From Anaerolineales bacterium (GTDB lineage: Bacteria > Chloroflexota > Anaerolineae > Anaerolineales > UBA11579): DNA of 64,000 bases. The stretch is from contig JAHCII010000004.1 in the NCBI GenBank assembly GCA_026129305.1, positions 10,446 to 74,445 on the forward strand. The letters are read 5' to 3'. The position numbers were made by a program, and so were the translations under genes. The notes under the pieces were generated by a model. That model was given only the letters and a program-made list of their open reading frames with translations. It was not told the DNA's origin and ran no database searches. Shown one piece after another: positions 29,328-39,136 of this stretch; position 1 is the stretch's first letter, and each line of letters opens with the position of its first letter.

Positions 29328-29816
29328 TTATTGGTCGGTTTCGTTGAAGTAGACCCAGCTCTGCAGGTCCGGGGGTTCAATGCCCAGCTCGGTCAGAATC
29401 GCTTTGATCTGCTCGCGGTGTTCCGTGGCGTGGTTGATCACCTGGGTAAGAAGGATACTTTTGGGCACCTGCCGCGGCGTGCCGCGCCAGTTGACTTCCA
29501 CTGCGTCCTCGGCTTGCACGCTGGGCGCCCAGTCGATCAACCCTTCGCCGGTCTGACGCAGTGCCTCGGCCATTTCCGCCATGCTCATCGGTGGGGCGTC
29601 CTCAGGATGTGCGTAGGGCTGGCCGGTACTGATGCGCGAGAAATACGACCGCTCGGAAATGGTGATGTGCTGCAGGGTCTCGTAGATGCTGCCATACGAC
29701 CCGGCGATGCGCGCCTCGAGCTGTTCGGCGGTGAGCTTGGCGCAGTGTTCCAGCAGACGCAGGTTGGCCCACAAGTGATGGCGGAAGAGCACTGTCAGTG
29801 CGGTTTCAGGTTGCAT
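29328..29816 (-). CDS. DinB family protein
   Basis: 162 aa: [16 protein letters not shown]...[11 protein letters not shown]...[11 protein letters not shown], the four-helix DinB pattern with a His triad. Confidence 0.75.
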   Translation of the reverse strand: MQPETALTVLFRHHLWANLRLLEHCAKLTAEQLEARIAGSYGSIYETLQHITISERSYFSRISTGQPYAHPEDAPPMSMAEMAEALRQTGEGLIDWAPSVQAEDAVEVNWRGTPRQVPKSILLTQVINHATEHREQIKAILTELGIEPPDLQSWVYFNETDQ

Positions 29817-29822
29817 TCAGCT

Positions 29823-31184
29823 CTAGATGCGCACGCGCTCGCCGTAGAGTTGCTCACGCAGGTTGCTGACCTGGCGGCGCAGGCGCTCGTCGTGCTCCAG
29901 CAGTTCGTTGACCTTCTGGCAGCCGTGCATTACGGTGGTGTGATCGCGGCCGCCGAGCAGTTCGCCAATCGCCGGCAGGGAGAGCTGGGCTTCCTCGCGC
30001 AGCAGGTACATGGCCACTTGGCGGGCCAGGGCTACTTCGGCCGAGCGCTCGCGGGAGAGCAGGCGCTGCATGGAAACGCTGAAGGCGCGGCTGACGGCTT
30101 CGACCAGCTGCTCCGGCTCCATCGGCTGCGGGTCGGGCAGCAGGTCAGCCAGGGCGCTGTCCACCAGGTTGGGGCTCAGCGGCATGTTGCGCAGGTAGGC
30201 GTAGGCGATGATGCGGTTGAGGGCGCCTTCCAGCTCGCGGATGTTGGATTGCATGCGCGCGGCAATCGTTTCCAGCACGGCCGGGTCCACCTGCTTGCCC
30301 AGGCGCTCGGCGTTGCTGCGCAGGATGGCCAGGCGCGTCTCGTAGTCCGGCGACTGGATGTCGGCAGTAAGGCCCCATTCGAAGCGCGAGCGCAGACGCT
30401 CTTCCAGCGTGACCAGGCCTTTGGGCGAGCGGTCGGAGGTCAGCACGATCTGCTTGTTCTGTCCGTGCAGGGTGTTGAAGGTGTGAAAGAATTCTTCCTG
30501 GGTCGATTCCTTGCCAGCGATGAATTGGATGTCGTCGATCAAGAGCACATCGGTGCGGCGGTATTTGTCGCGGAAAGCCTGAGTGCTGTGGCTACGGATG
30601 GCGTGGATCAGATCGTTGGTGAATTCCTCAGAGGAGACATACAGTACTTGCAAGCCGCTTTGCACGGCGGCATTGCCGATGGCGCGCAGCAAGTGGGTCT
30701 TGCCCAAGCCGACCCGGCCATAGAGGAAGAGCGGGTTGTACGACTTGGCTGGGTTGTCCGCTACAGCCAGGGCGGCGGCATGGGCCAGGCGGTTGCTGCC
30801 GCCGACCACGAAGGTCTCGAAGGTATAGCGCGGATTGACAGTGAAGTTGCCTGAGCCGTAAGTGCTGCTGAGTTCGATCTGCTTTTCTGGCTCAGATTCA
30901 TTGGCCGGGGCTTCGCTGAGCGTCTCGGGCGGATTGGTGGCCTGCCAGACCACAAAGCGCACTTCCACACTGCGGTTCATCATGCCGGTCAGCAGGCGGG
31001 TCACCAGGCTCTTCAGCCGGCTTTCCAGCCAATCACGCGCATAGGCGTTGTTTACGCCAACCACAAAGGAGCCATCCTCATACGCCACCAGCTCGGCGTC
31101 GCGCACCCAGGTGTCAAACGTGCCTTTGGGCATGTCCACTTGCAACTGGCCCAGGGCGGCTTGCCATGCTTGGCTGGCGTTCAT
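29823..31184 (-). CDS. dnaA: chromosomal replication initiator protein DnaA
   Basis: 453 aa. Walker A GRVGLGKTHLL. Box VII and sensor motifs. C-terminal DNA-binding signature IGELLGGRDHTTVMHGCQKV. AGGAGG lies 11 nt upstream of the ATG. Confidence 0.95.
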   Translation of the reverse strand: MNASQAWQAALGQLQVDMPKGTFDTWVRDAELVAYEDGSFVVGVNNAYARDWLESRLKSLVTRLLTGMMNRSVEVRFVVWQATNPPETLSEAPANESEPEKQIELSSTYGSGNFTVNPRYTFETFVVGGSNRLAHAAALAVADNPAKSYNPLFLYGRVGLGKTHLLRAIGNAAVQSGLQVLYVSSEEFTNDLIHAIRSHSTQAFRDKYRRTDVLLIDDIQFIAGKESTQEEFFHTFNTLHGQNKQIVLTSDRSPKGLVTLEERLRSRFEWGLTADIQSPDYETRLAILRSNAERLGKQVDPAVLETIAARMQSNIRELEGALNRIIAYAYLRNMPLSPNLVDSALADLLPDPQPMEPEQLVEAVSRAFSVSMQRLLSRERSAEVALARQVAMYLLREEAQLSLPAIGELLGGRDHTTVMHGCQKVNELLEHDERLRRQVSNLREQLYGERVRI

Positions 31185-31925
31185 ATGGGATGCAACCTCC
31201 TTTGCTAAGATGTCTTTTGCAGTGAGTAGCTAGGGAGAATGAACCCATCGTCGTCATGCGGTGACGATCGCAATTCGCCAGCTATTCGATTGCTTTGTAT
31301 TGGTGTCCAGCAGCCACACATCTTGATGTGCAGGGGCGTGATTCTAAATCAATAAACCCTGCTGACCATGCGCAACGCCCTACGCTTGCCTAAAAAAACC
31401 CCATTCTTTAAGAATTTGGAATGTTAAAGAATCGGCTGGATAGAGCCGCACATTTTTGGCCGGCCCAAAGCCTTTTAGCTCATTTGTTTGAGCCTAGGGA
31501 TGGGGGTTGCCACGGACAAAAGCCCTACACAGCGTATCTGCAGGCTGGGGAGCCGCGCCCAAAGCAGGCTGCAAGACCAAACTTAAAAGGCCTTGGGATG
31601 CGAGCCACCCCCTGTACGAGAAACTAACTTCGCAGTTTGTGTATCTCGTTTTTTGCGCCCAGAATCCATCCCCAAACCTGTCAAAACCTCCACAGAAATT
31701 TTCAATAATGGTGTGCTTGGTGCGCACCTGCAGGATACACAGTCTTCCCCCAGGGGTCTAGCCTTCTGATTCTGAGCTTCATATAGTTAGTTCAACATGT
31801 TGGGATACCCAATCCTGCTTCCTGGAGGTGCCTACGCATAACGTACTGACCTGACCCATTCGCCGAAATACTTCGGTAATTTCTAACCCTATTCCCTCAA
31901 ACACATTTTTGAAAGAGAGAAGAGA
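31185..31925. other. long non-coding region upstream of dnaA: candidate oriC / dnaA control region
   Basis: 741 bp with no credible ORF, and visibly more AT-rich than the flanks (for example 31390-31432). Only degenerate DnaA-box-like 9-mers are present (AGATACACA rc at 31637-31645, GGATACACA, ACCTCCACA, GCAGCCACA). No perfect TTATCCACA. Confidence 0.4.
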
Positions 31926-33005
31926 ATGACCGTACGAAAAGGTATTCTGTTGTTAATGCTGTTTGCGATGGCCCTGGCGGCCTGTGCGCCGAGCGCGGTG
32001 GCGCCGGCGGCCGCGGAAGAAAGCTCGGCTGTGAACCTGGCCCCGATCAAGGACTATCTGTTGGGCAAGACGGATGAACTGGAGGCGGCCAGTGGCGACC
32101 TGCGGGCCGCCGCGCAAGCCTACTATGACCTGGCCGAAACCGCCGGTTTTGATTACGCCGCCATGTGGGACGCCGATGCGGCCCCTGTCAGCGCCGCGTT
32201 GCAGTCCGCCAAGGACGCCTGGATCGTGGCCGCGCCTGCCTATGAGCAGATGGAAGGCATTGTGGCCGGTGTGCCGACCCTGGCTGACTATGACGTGATC
32301 CTTGACGCGGGCGCTGCCGGTGACGAGGACCCCGAAGGCGCCGTGCCCTTCGACCTGGAATTGCCGGATGGGCGCGTCTTCCCCCAGCCGGGCAACCTGT
32401 TCGGCGTGCTGGAAAGCGCCCTGTGGGGCACCTATGATGACTACCTGTCTGGCGTGGAAGCCGACCTGGACGGCAACGGCCAGATCGGCTTTGGCGAGGC
32501 GCTGCCGGATGCCAACGTGTTGAAGGCCGCCGCCGACTTGACCTATGCCTACGCGGTCGAGCTCAAGGAAGCCTCCCAAGCCTGGACCCCCAGTGAGTCG
32601 GATGCCTTCACTGCCCTGGTGGTGATGGTGCCGACGATGAGCGAGTATTTTGAATCGTGGAAGAACTCGCGCTTTGTGGCTGGCGACGACTCGACCCAGC
32701 GTGACTTTGTGGTCATCTCCCGTCTGGCGGACATCCAGGACATTCTGACCAGCCTGGAAGTGGTCTATGCCGAAGTCAAGCCGTTGGTGGCTGGTTACGA
32801 CACTGCTCAGGCGGACGCCATTGAGCAGGGCATGACCGACTTGAAAGCTTTTGTGGCTGGCGTGTATGCTGAGGAGCAGAGTGGCAAGCAGTTCAGCGCG
32901 GAAGAGGCTGACACGCTGGGCCAGGAAGCCCAGGACCGCGCCACGGCTGTGGCTGGCCAGGTGGCCCAGGTGGCGGCTGCGCTGGATATCGAGATCGCTG
33001 AATAA
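31926..33005 (+). CDS. imelysin-like / EfeO-family periplasmic lipoprotein
   Basis: Lipoprotein signal LLMLFAMALAAC. Helical acidic protein. Sits directly upstream of an FTR1-type permease. The family call rests mainly on context and general pattern. Confidence 0.5.
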   Translation: MTVRKGILLLMLFAMALAACAPSAVAPAAAEESSAVNLAPIKDYLLGKTDELEAASGDLRAAAQAYYDLAETAGFDYAAMWDADAAPVSAALQSAKDAWIVAAPAYEQMEGIVAGVPTLADYDVILDAGAAGDEDPEGAVPFDLELPDGRVFPQPGNLFGVLESALWGTYDDYLSGVEADLDGNGQIGFGEALPDANVLKAAADLTYAYAVELKEASQAWTPSESDAFTALVVMVPTMSEYFESWKNSRFVAGDDSTQRDFVVISRLADIQDILTSLEVVYAEVKPLVAGYDTAQADAIEQGMTDLKAFVAGVYAEEQSGKQFSAEEADTLGQEAQDRATAVAGQVAQVAAALDIEIAE

Positions 33006-33020
33006 GACTATGTAGCATGC

Positions 33021-33059
33021 GCCTGGCAAGGCCGTTCCCAACGGCCTTGCCAGGCTTTT
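33021..33059 (+). terminator. strong stem-loop/terminator between the imelysin-like gene and the FTR1 gene
   Basis: GCCTGGCAAGGCCGTT-CCC-AACGGCCTTGCCAGGC followed by TTTT. Confidence 0.75.
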
Positions 33060-33073
33060 GATTAAGGACCTGC

Positions 33074-35383
33074 GTGAGACGCATTGCCTTCAACACCTTT
33101 GCTGTGCTTGTTTGTATAAGTTTGCTGGCGGTGTGCGCCAGCCCGGTCCGGGCCGCAGCCTCAACCGCTCCGCAAGACCTGGCGGAGCAGATGCGCGCCG
33201 CACTGTTTGCCGCCCAGCGCGATCTGCTGGCGGGCGGCGATGGCCTGGCCGCTTTTGCGCAGGCCCAGGCGGCCTACGGCAGTTTGCGGCCCCTGCTGGC
33301 CGGCCCTGCGACCGACGCGGCGGCATCCGCCGACCAGGCCTTTGGCGCCATGCAAGCCGCGCTGGCCGGCGCCGATGCGCCGGCTTTTGCCGCTCAGCGT
33401 TCCCTGGCTTGGACGGCTGTGCTGGCGGGCAGTTACCACATGGTCGAACAGGCCATGCTGGCGGGCGAGCATGCCCAGGCCCAAGCCTGGCTGGCCCTGC
33501 GCGAGTACCGCACGGCCAACCGCTTTGCGCGCCCCAATGCAGATGCGACCCTGGCCGTGCAGCGCCTGGCCGCATCTGAAATGGATTCCGAAACCGCCCT
33601 GCAGTTCTTGCGGGCGGATCTGTTTGACGCTTATCAGGCCCGCCTGGGTGAGGCGCTGCGTGAACTGCAGCTGGCTGAGGCCAGTGGCTTCGCGGTGCGC
33701 CGCGCGGAACTGGTCGGCCTGGCACAAGGCTACTTTGGCCTGCTGAGCGCGGCCTATCAGGAGCAGCGCGGCCAGGATGCACTGCAGACCGCCCAGCAAG
33801 CCTTCCAGCAACTGACTGTGGCAGCCCTGGCGGGCCAGCCGCTGGATGTGCGCTTGCAGGCGGTGACGGCGGTCCTCGAGGGTTTCCGTGCCGCACCGCT
33901 GAGCCCGGCAGAGCAATCCCGTCGCGCAGGCCAACTGCTGCGCTATGTCAATCTGGTCTCGGTCGAATACGGCCGCGGTGTCTCGGATGGGCGCGTGACC
34001 CTGCAGTTCGAGATCCAGGAAGCGGTCACATTTCAGGAAGCGGCGCAGGCCGCCTTCGATGATCTGCGCGACCTGCTGGCCGAGCTGGATGCGCCAGCCA
34101 CCCAGCAGGCCCAGGCGCACCTCAGCGAACTGAACGCCATGCTGCGCAGTGCCAACAGCGGTGGCACAGTGGCCAGCGCCGGCGAGATGCGCACCAGCGC
34201 CGAGCAGCTGCTGGCCCTATTGAATGAAGTGATCCCCGCCGAGTGGAAACAAGGCAGCACTTCCGGTGATTTTGATGTGATCGATTCGATGCTGGACCAA
34301 ATGGAGAATGCTGTGCGGGGCGGCGATTATGCTGCGGCCGAATCGGCCCGCATTGAGGCTTATGCGATTATGGAAAGCGGGCCGGAGGCGCGGCTGATCG
34401 CCATGGCGCCGGACCTTAAGCTGCGGGTGGAGGAGTTGTTCTGGAACGGCAACAGCCAAACCGTGGGCCTCAGCCGCTTGCTGTCTGAGCAGGCTCCCCT
34501 GCAAGAGGTGCGCTCCGTGCGCGTCGCCCTGGATGCCCAGTTGGCCGAGGTGGAAACCTTGCTCTCAGGCTCCAGCACGCCGGCTTCCATTCTGAGCAAT
34601 GCGGCCGTGATCGTCTTCCGTGAAGGCTTGGAAGCGGTGCTGATCCTGGCCTCGCTGATGGGCAGCTTCAAAGCCGCTGAAGGCCGCAAATATCGCCAGC
34701 CGCTGTGGCTGGGCAGCGGGCTGGCCTTGCTGGCCACCGTGCTGACCTGGACCTTGGCGCGCGAGGTGCTGCAAGCCCTGGCGCGCTACGGCGAAAAGTT
34801 GGAAGCGGTGATTTCGCTGATCGCCATCATCGTCTTGCTGCTGATCACCAATTGGTTCTTCCATAAAAGTTACTGGGATGGCTGGTTGGCGCGCTTCCAT
34901 GCCCGTAAGCGCAGCCTGCTCTCGGGCGAGACGGGTTTGCTGCTGGGTCTGGTTTCGCTCGGCTTCACCAGCGTCTATCGTGAAGGTTTTGAGACGGTCC
35001 TGTTCTTGCAAGCCCTCGTGCTGGACGGCGGCACCTCCGTGGTGCTGGGCGGCGTGGCCATCGGGCTGGCTTTCACCTTCCTGGTTGGCTTGCTGACCTT
35101 TCGCTTTCAGGCTCGCCTGCCGCACAAAAAGATGCTGATCGTGACCGGCATCATGATCGGAGCGGTGTTGCTGGTCATGGTGGGCAAGACGGTGTATGTC
35201 TTCCAACTGGTGGGCTGGATGCCGGCCACGCTGGTCTCGGGGCTCAGCTTCCCCACCTGGTTCAGCATGTGGTTTGGGGTCTATCCTTCCTGGGAGGGGC
35301 TGCTGCTTCAGTTCTCGGCGGCCACTTTCGTGATCGGCAGCTATTACCTGGCGGAAGGCCTGCGAAAACGCCAGCGGGCCTAA
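33074..35383 (+). CDS. FTR1/EfeU-family iron permease fused to a ~480-aa N-terminal periplasmic helical domain
   Basis: GTG start with AAGGA upstream. Signal peptide. The C-terminal 7-TM region carries two REXXE motifs (REGLEAV, REGFETV) diagnostic of FTR1 permeases. Confidence 0.8.
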   Translation: MRRIAFNTFAVLVCISLLAVCASPVRAAASTAPQDLAEQMRAALFAAQRDLLAGGDGLAAFAQAQAAYGSLRPLLAGPATDAAASADQAFGAMQAALAGADAPAFAAQRSLAWTAVLAGSYHMVEQAMLAGEHAQAQAWLALREYRTANRFARPNADATLAVQRLAASEMDSETALQFLRADLFDAYQARLGEALRELQLAEASGFAVRRAELVGLAQGYFGLLSAAYQEQRGQDALQTAQQAFQQLTVAALAGQPLDVRLQAVTAVLEGFRAAPLSPAEQSRRAGQLLRYVNLVSVEYGRGVSDGRVTLQFEIQEAVTFQEAAQAAFDDLRDLLAELDAPATQQAQAHLSELNAMLRSANSGGTVASAGEMRTSAEQLLALLNEVIPAEWKQGSTSGDFDVIDSMLDQMENAVRGGDYAAAESARIEAYAIMESGPEARLIAMAPDLKLRVEELFWNGNSQTVGLSRLLSEQAPLQEVRSVRVALDAQLAEVETLLSGSSTPASILSNAAVIVFREGLEAVLILASLMGSFKAAEGRKYRQPLWLGSGLALLATVLTWTLAREVLQALARYGEKLEAVISLIAIIVLLLITNWFFHKSYWDGWLARFHARKRSLLSGETGLLLGLVSLGFTSVYREGFETVLFLQALVLDGGTSVVLGGVAIGLAFTFLVGLLTFRFQARLPHKKMLIVTGIMIGAVLLVMVGKTVYVFQLVGWMPATLVSGLSFPTWFSMWFGVYPSWEGLLLQFSAATFVIGSYYLAEGLRKRQRA

Positions 35384-35615
35384 ACTGCCAGACAACTCCT
35401 GGCGGGCAAGCTGCCCGTCAGGAGTTGTAGTTACTTCTAAAAGCTCTAAAAACTTCAAATCAGGTGAGGACTGCGCACAACGTGGGGGCTGGACTAGGTG
35501 CGCTGCAGTTCGTATAGTGGTTGGCTGAATTCGCCATCTGGTGCTAAAACGAGTCAAGTTACATATTCACTTGCCGGCTTAGATGGTAAAACTGCTTGAG
35601 CGACGAGGAGTTCTT

Positions 35616-36194
35616 ATGCGGACAAAATGGAATACCCGTGATTTGATGGTCACTTTGGTGATCGGTCTGGCTTTGGGCGTGCTGCTCATCCCGGTGACCT
35701 ATGCTTATGTGGCCTTTTTGGGCGTGGGCGGCTTGTTCACCCGCTCTCTGATTGGCGGCATTTATTTTCTGCCAGCGGTGTTTGCGGCTTATGTGGTGCG
35801 CAAGCCGGGCGCCAGCTTCTTGGCCAGCGCCATCGGCGGCCTGACCAGCATGCCTTTCACGCCCTATGGCTTTATTGTGCTGGCAGTCAGCATCTTGATC
35901 GGCTTGGTGGGCGAATTGTTCATCTGGCTCAACACGCGCTACAAAGACTTCGCCCTGCCGCGTCTGCTAGCCGCCGGGGCGGCCACCGGCTTGGCGGTTT
36001 TCTTGCTGATCTTGGGTTCGGTGTTGCGCTCTGCGGAGTTCGAATGGAACGCGCTGGTGCTGGTGGCTCTGGTGCTCTCGGGTGTCACCTTCGCGGTGTG
36101 CGGCCTGCTGGCCAAGGCCCTGGCTGACGCAGTCGCCCGCACTGGGGTGCTGGGCAATACGGCTTTAGGAAAGGCCAATGTTGAAGAGATCTGA
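35616..36194 (+). CDS. ECF transporter S component, YkoE-like
   Basis: Trimmed to ATG 35616, which has GAGGAG 6 nt upstream. 6 TM helices. The W-x-x-RDL...VVRKPGASFLASAIGGL pattern matches YkoE-type S components (recalled from memory). Confidence 0.65.
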   Translation: MRTKWNTRDLMVTLVIGLALGVLLIPVTYAYVAFLGVGGLFTRSLIGGIYFLPAVFAAYVVRKPGASFLASAIGGLTSMPFTPYGFIVLAVSILIGLVGELFIWLNTRYKDFALPRLLAAGAATGLAVFLLILGSVLRSAEFEWNALVLVALVLSGVTFAVCGLLAKALADAVARTGVLGNTALGKANVEEI

Positions 36195-36510
36195 GTTGGC
36201 GGCACCCAGCCCGGTTGTACAGAAACGCAGTGACCGTCTCACGGGCGGTTATTTGGTCTTTGTAGCCGTTCGCTGCACCTTGCAATACGTAGTCCTGCCC
36301 TTTTTGTTGCCCTTCCTCGGCTTCGGCGGCGCCTTCTCTACCGGGATCGCCGCCGCGATTGATATCCTGGCGCTGGGGATGATCATCTACAACATCTTCA
36401 ATCTGTGGAACACGTCCTGGCGCTGGCGTTATCTGGCACTGAGCGTGATCATGATCTCAATTTTGGTGGTCTTCCTTTACCAGGATTTCAAATACTTCTT
36501 TCCTGGTTAG
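36178..36510 (+). CDS. small hypothetical membrane protein (3 TM)
   Basis: 110-aa ORF between the S component and the ATPase, overlapping the S component by 17 nt. No recognisable family. The start is uncertain. Confidence 0.4.
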   Translation: MLKRSELAAPSPVVQKRSDRLTGGYLVFVAVRCTLQYVVLPFLLPFLGFGGAFSTGIAAAIDILALGMIIYNIFNLWNTSWRWRYLALSVIMISILVVFLYQDFKYFFPG

Positions 36511-36519
36511 AGGGCTGGA

Positions 36520-38235
36520 ATGATTGATGTTTCAGCCCTGACAATCAAATACACAGGGCGCAAACGACCGATTTTACGCGACCTGTCTCTGCAGGTCCCC
36601 CAGGGCCAAACCCTGCTCATCCTGGGAGCCTCCGGCTCCGGGAAGAGCAGCCTGGCCCTGACCTTCAATGGGCTGATCCCACACTCGATCGGTGAAGTGC
36701 TGGGGGGACAGGTGCGCGTGGCTGGCGCCGATACGCAGCAAACCTCCGTGGCCCAGCTGGCCCAGCGGGTCGGCATCCTCTTTCAAGACCCTGATGCACA
36801 ATTCGCCACCCTGACGGTTGAGGACGAGATCGTCTTCGGGCTGGAAAACCTGTGCCTGGACCCGGCTCAAATGGAAGCGCGTCTGGAGACGGCCCTGAGC
36901 CAGGTGGGCATGCTGCATGCTCGCCACCGGCCGGTCTATGCCCTGTCCGGTGGCGAGAAACAGCGCATCGCCCTGGCGGCGCTGCTGGCCATGCAGCCTG
37001 AGGTGCTGGTCTTCGACGAACCCACCGCCAACCTCGACTCGGTGGGCACCCAGCAGGTCTTCGCTTTGCTGGCCCAGCTCAAGGCGCGCGGACAGCACAC
37101 CTTGATCCTGATCGAGCACAAGTTGGATGAGCTGATGCACCTGGTGGACCGGGTGCTGGTGCTGGACTCCGAAGGCCAGATCTTTGCCGACGGCGCTCCG
37201 CGCGAAATTTTCGACCGCTATGCCGCAGAGCTGCAAGAGATGGGGGTCTGGACGCCGCAGGTGTGCATGCTGGCCCAGGAACTGCGCCTAGCCGGGCATG
37301 TGCTGCCGTCCTTCCCGGTCACGATCGGCGAAGCGGTCAAGGTACTGGCTCCGCTGCTGGCTGCCCACCCGGCCCAGTCCGCATCGTCTGCACCGCCCAC
37401 CAACGCCAGCCCGCGCAGCAGCGTCTATTCCATTCGTGACCTGTCTTTTCACTACGGCGATATTCCCGCCCTGCACAACGTCTCGATGGAGATCAGCCAG
37501 GGCGATTTTCTGGCGATCGTCGGGCCTAATGGGGCGGGCAAAAGCACCCTGGCCCGTCACCTGATCGGCCTGCTGGATCCCCCGGCGGGCACGGTCTTCC
37601 TCAGCGAGCGGGACATTCATGCCCTGGAGCCCCGCCGGCTGGCCGAGCAGGTCGCCTATGTTTTTCAGAACCCGGAGCACCAATTCGTCACCGAGCGCGT
37701 GGAAGACGAAGTGGCCTATGGCCTGCGCGTCGCCGGGTTGGACGAGGCACTGGTCGCCGAACAGAGCCGCCAACTGCTGGATACCTTTGGCCTGGCGCGC
37801 TATGCGCGCGCCAACCCCTTTACGCTCAGCCACGGCGAAAAACGCCGGCTGAGCGTGGCCGCCATGCTGGCGGTGGGCCAGCAAACCCTGATCCTGGATG
37901 AGCCCACCTTTGGGCAGGACGAGCGCAACGCGGCGGCCCTGATGGCCTTGCTGCGCGCCCTGAACGCTCAGGGCAAGACCATCATTATGATCACGCACGA
38001 CATGCGCCTGGTGGCGGAAGCGGCGGACAAGGTGGCCGTTATCTTGGAGGGCCGGCTGGAATTCTTTGGGCAGCCCGCGGCGTTGTTCGCCCAAGAAGAC
38101 CTGCTGGCCCGGGCGCACCTCAATCTGCCCCCGCTGGCGCGCCTGGCGGCGCTGATGGCAACCCAGTATCCGCATATGCAGGGCTGGTCCACCTTGCAGG
38201 ACTACCAGACACTCACGCAGATGGTCAGGGTTTAG
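36520..38235 (+). CDS. ECF transporter ATPase, duplicated (two fused ABC domains, YkoD-like)
   Basis: Two Walker A motifs (GASGSGKSS, GPNGAGKST), two signature motifs (LSGGEKQR, LSHGEKRR) and two Walker B motifs (LVFDEPT, LILDEPT). Confidence 0.9.
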   Translation: MIDVSALTIKYTGRKRPILRDLSLQVPQGQTLLILGASGSGKSSLALTFNGLIPHSIGEVLGGQVRVAGADTQQTSVAQLAQRVGILFQDPDAQFATLTVEDEIVFGLENLCLDPAQMEARLETALSQVGMLHARHRPVYALSGGEKQRIALAALLAMQPEVLVFDEPTANLDSVGTQQVFALLAQLKARGQHTLILIEHKLDELMHLVDRVLVLDSEGQIFADGAPREIFDRYAAELQEMGVWTPQVCMLAQELRLAGHVLPSFPVTIGEAVKVLAPLLAAHPAQSASSAPPTNASPRSSVYSIRDLSFHYGDIPALHNVSMEISQGDFLAIVGPNGAGKSTLARHLIGLLDPPAGTVFLSERDIHALEPRRLAEQVAYVFQNPEHQFVTERVEDEVAYGLRVAGLDEALVAEQSRQLLDTFGLARYARANPFTLSHGEKRRLSVAAMLAVGQQTLILDEPTFGQDERNAAALMALLRALNAQGKTIIMITHDMRLVAEAADKVAVILEGRLEFFGQPAALFAQEDLLARAHLNLPPLARLAALMATQYPHMQGWSTLQDYQTLTQMVRV

Positions 38236-38237
38236 TC

Positions 38238-39056
38238 ATGCGCATGGTCTATCTGCAGGGCGAATCATTCCTGCACAAGCTCAACCCGCTCAGCAAGTTC
38301 CTAGTGAACATGGCGTTGTTCACTTTTATGCTCTTCACCAGCGACCCGTGGACGCCGCTGGTCTTCATTGTGCTGACCGTGTTGGTCTTGCTGATACTGG
38401 GCAAAATTCCCCTAATGCGCCTGGCCAAAATTCTGGCCCCCCTGGCCTTGATCGCGGTGCTGTTTTTGCTGATGTACCCGCTGGCTGTGCGCCAAAGCCT
38501 AGTGGACCACACCCCACTGCTGTGGCAATGGGGGCCGTTGCGGGTCTATCAGGGTGGTATCAGCTACGCCATCTCCACCGCTCTGCGCATTTTGGCGCTG
38601 CTGACCTTGTCTTTGCCCTTTTCTCTGACGACCGACTCGGCAGATTTTATTCGCGCTCTGGTGCAGCAGTGGCGCTTGCCCTACCGGGTTGGGTACAGCG
38701 TGCTGGCCGCCTTTGGCTTCGTCCCTCTGCTGCAGAGCGAGGTCTCGGTGATCAGTGCCGCCCACCGCGTGCGCGGCGTGCACGCCGCGGCCGGCTGGCG
38801 CGGCGCCTACGAACGCCTGCGCCGCTACGCTGTGCCGTTGCTGACCGGCGCCATCCGCCAGGCGGAGCGCACGGCCCTGACTATGGACGGGCGCGCCTTT
38901 GGCGCCTTGCCAGCGCGCACATACTTTCGGCGCATGCAATTTTTCCCGGCGGATTGGCTCTTTATCACGGGCTCATTGGTCGCTTCGCTCCTGCTGGTGC
39001 TGGTCTTGCAATATTTTGGCTTGCTGGGGGATTTGAGCTTGCTGAAAATTCTCTAA
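38238..39056 (+). CDS. ECF transporter T component (EcfT/YkoC-like)
   Basis: 272 aa polytopic protein with ARG-type coupling helices (ISAAHRVRG, AIRQAERTALTMDGRAF). Confidence 0.8.
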   Translation: MRMVYLQGESFLHKLNPLSKFLVNMALFTFMLFTSDPWTPLVFIVLTVLVLLILGKIPLMRLAKILAPLALIAVLFLLMYPLAVRQSLVDHTPLLWQWGPLRVYQGGISYAISTALRILALLTLSLPFSLTTDSADFIRALVQQWRLPYRVGYSVLAAFGFVPLLQSEVSVISAAHRVRGVHAAAGWRGAYERLRRYAVPLLTGAIRQAERTALTMDGRAFGALPARTYFRRMQFFPADWLFITGSLVASLLLVLVLQYFGLLGDLSLLKIL

Positions 39057-39136
39057 CAGGTTGAAAACTACATTCAACTACTAAACTTGTGTAAAGTTAC
39101 ATATTTCCCATAGAATACTCCCATTGAGGTGATTCT

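Noticed and set aside
31185-31925. Search for rpmH, for a small conserved ORF, and for perfect DnaA boxes in the dnaA upstream region.
   Set aside because: No L34-like ORF is present. The longest small ORFs, such as the 38-aa MNPSSSCGDDR..., have no support. There is no exact TTATCCACA or TGTGGATAA. The oriC call is therefore kept at low confidence.
35384-35615. Expected TPP (THI-box) riboswitch upstream of the YkoE-like ECF operon.
   Set aside because: The CTGAGA core and the CCTGATCTGG...CCAGCG pyrophosphate-sensor hairpin are absent. Only a weak resemblance exists (GCTGAAT...CCATCTGGTGCTAAAAC). A 17-bp stem-loop at 35392-35428 looks like the terminator of the upstream FTR1 gene. An Infernal scan is needed to be sure.
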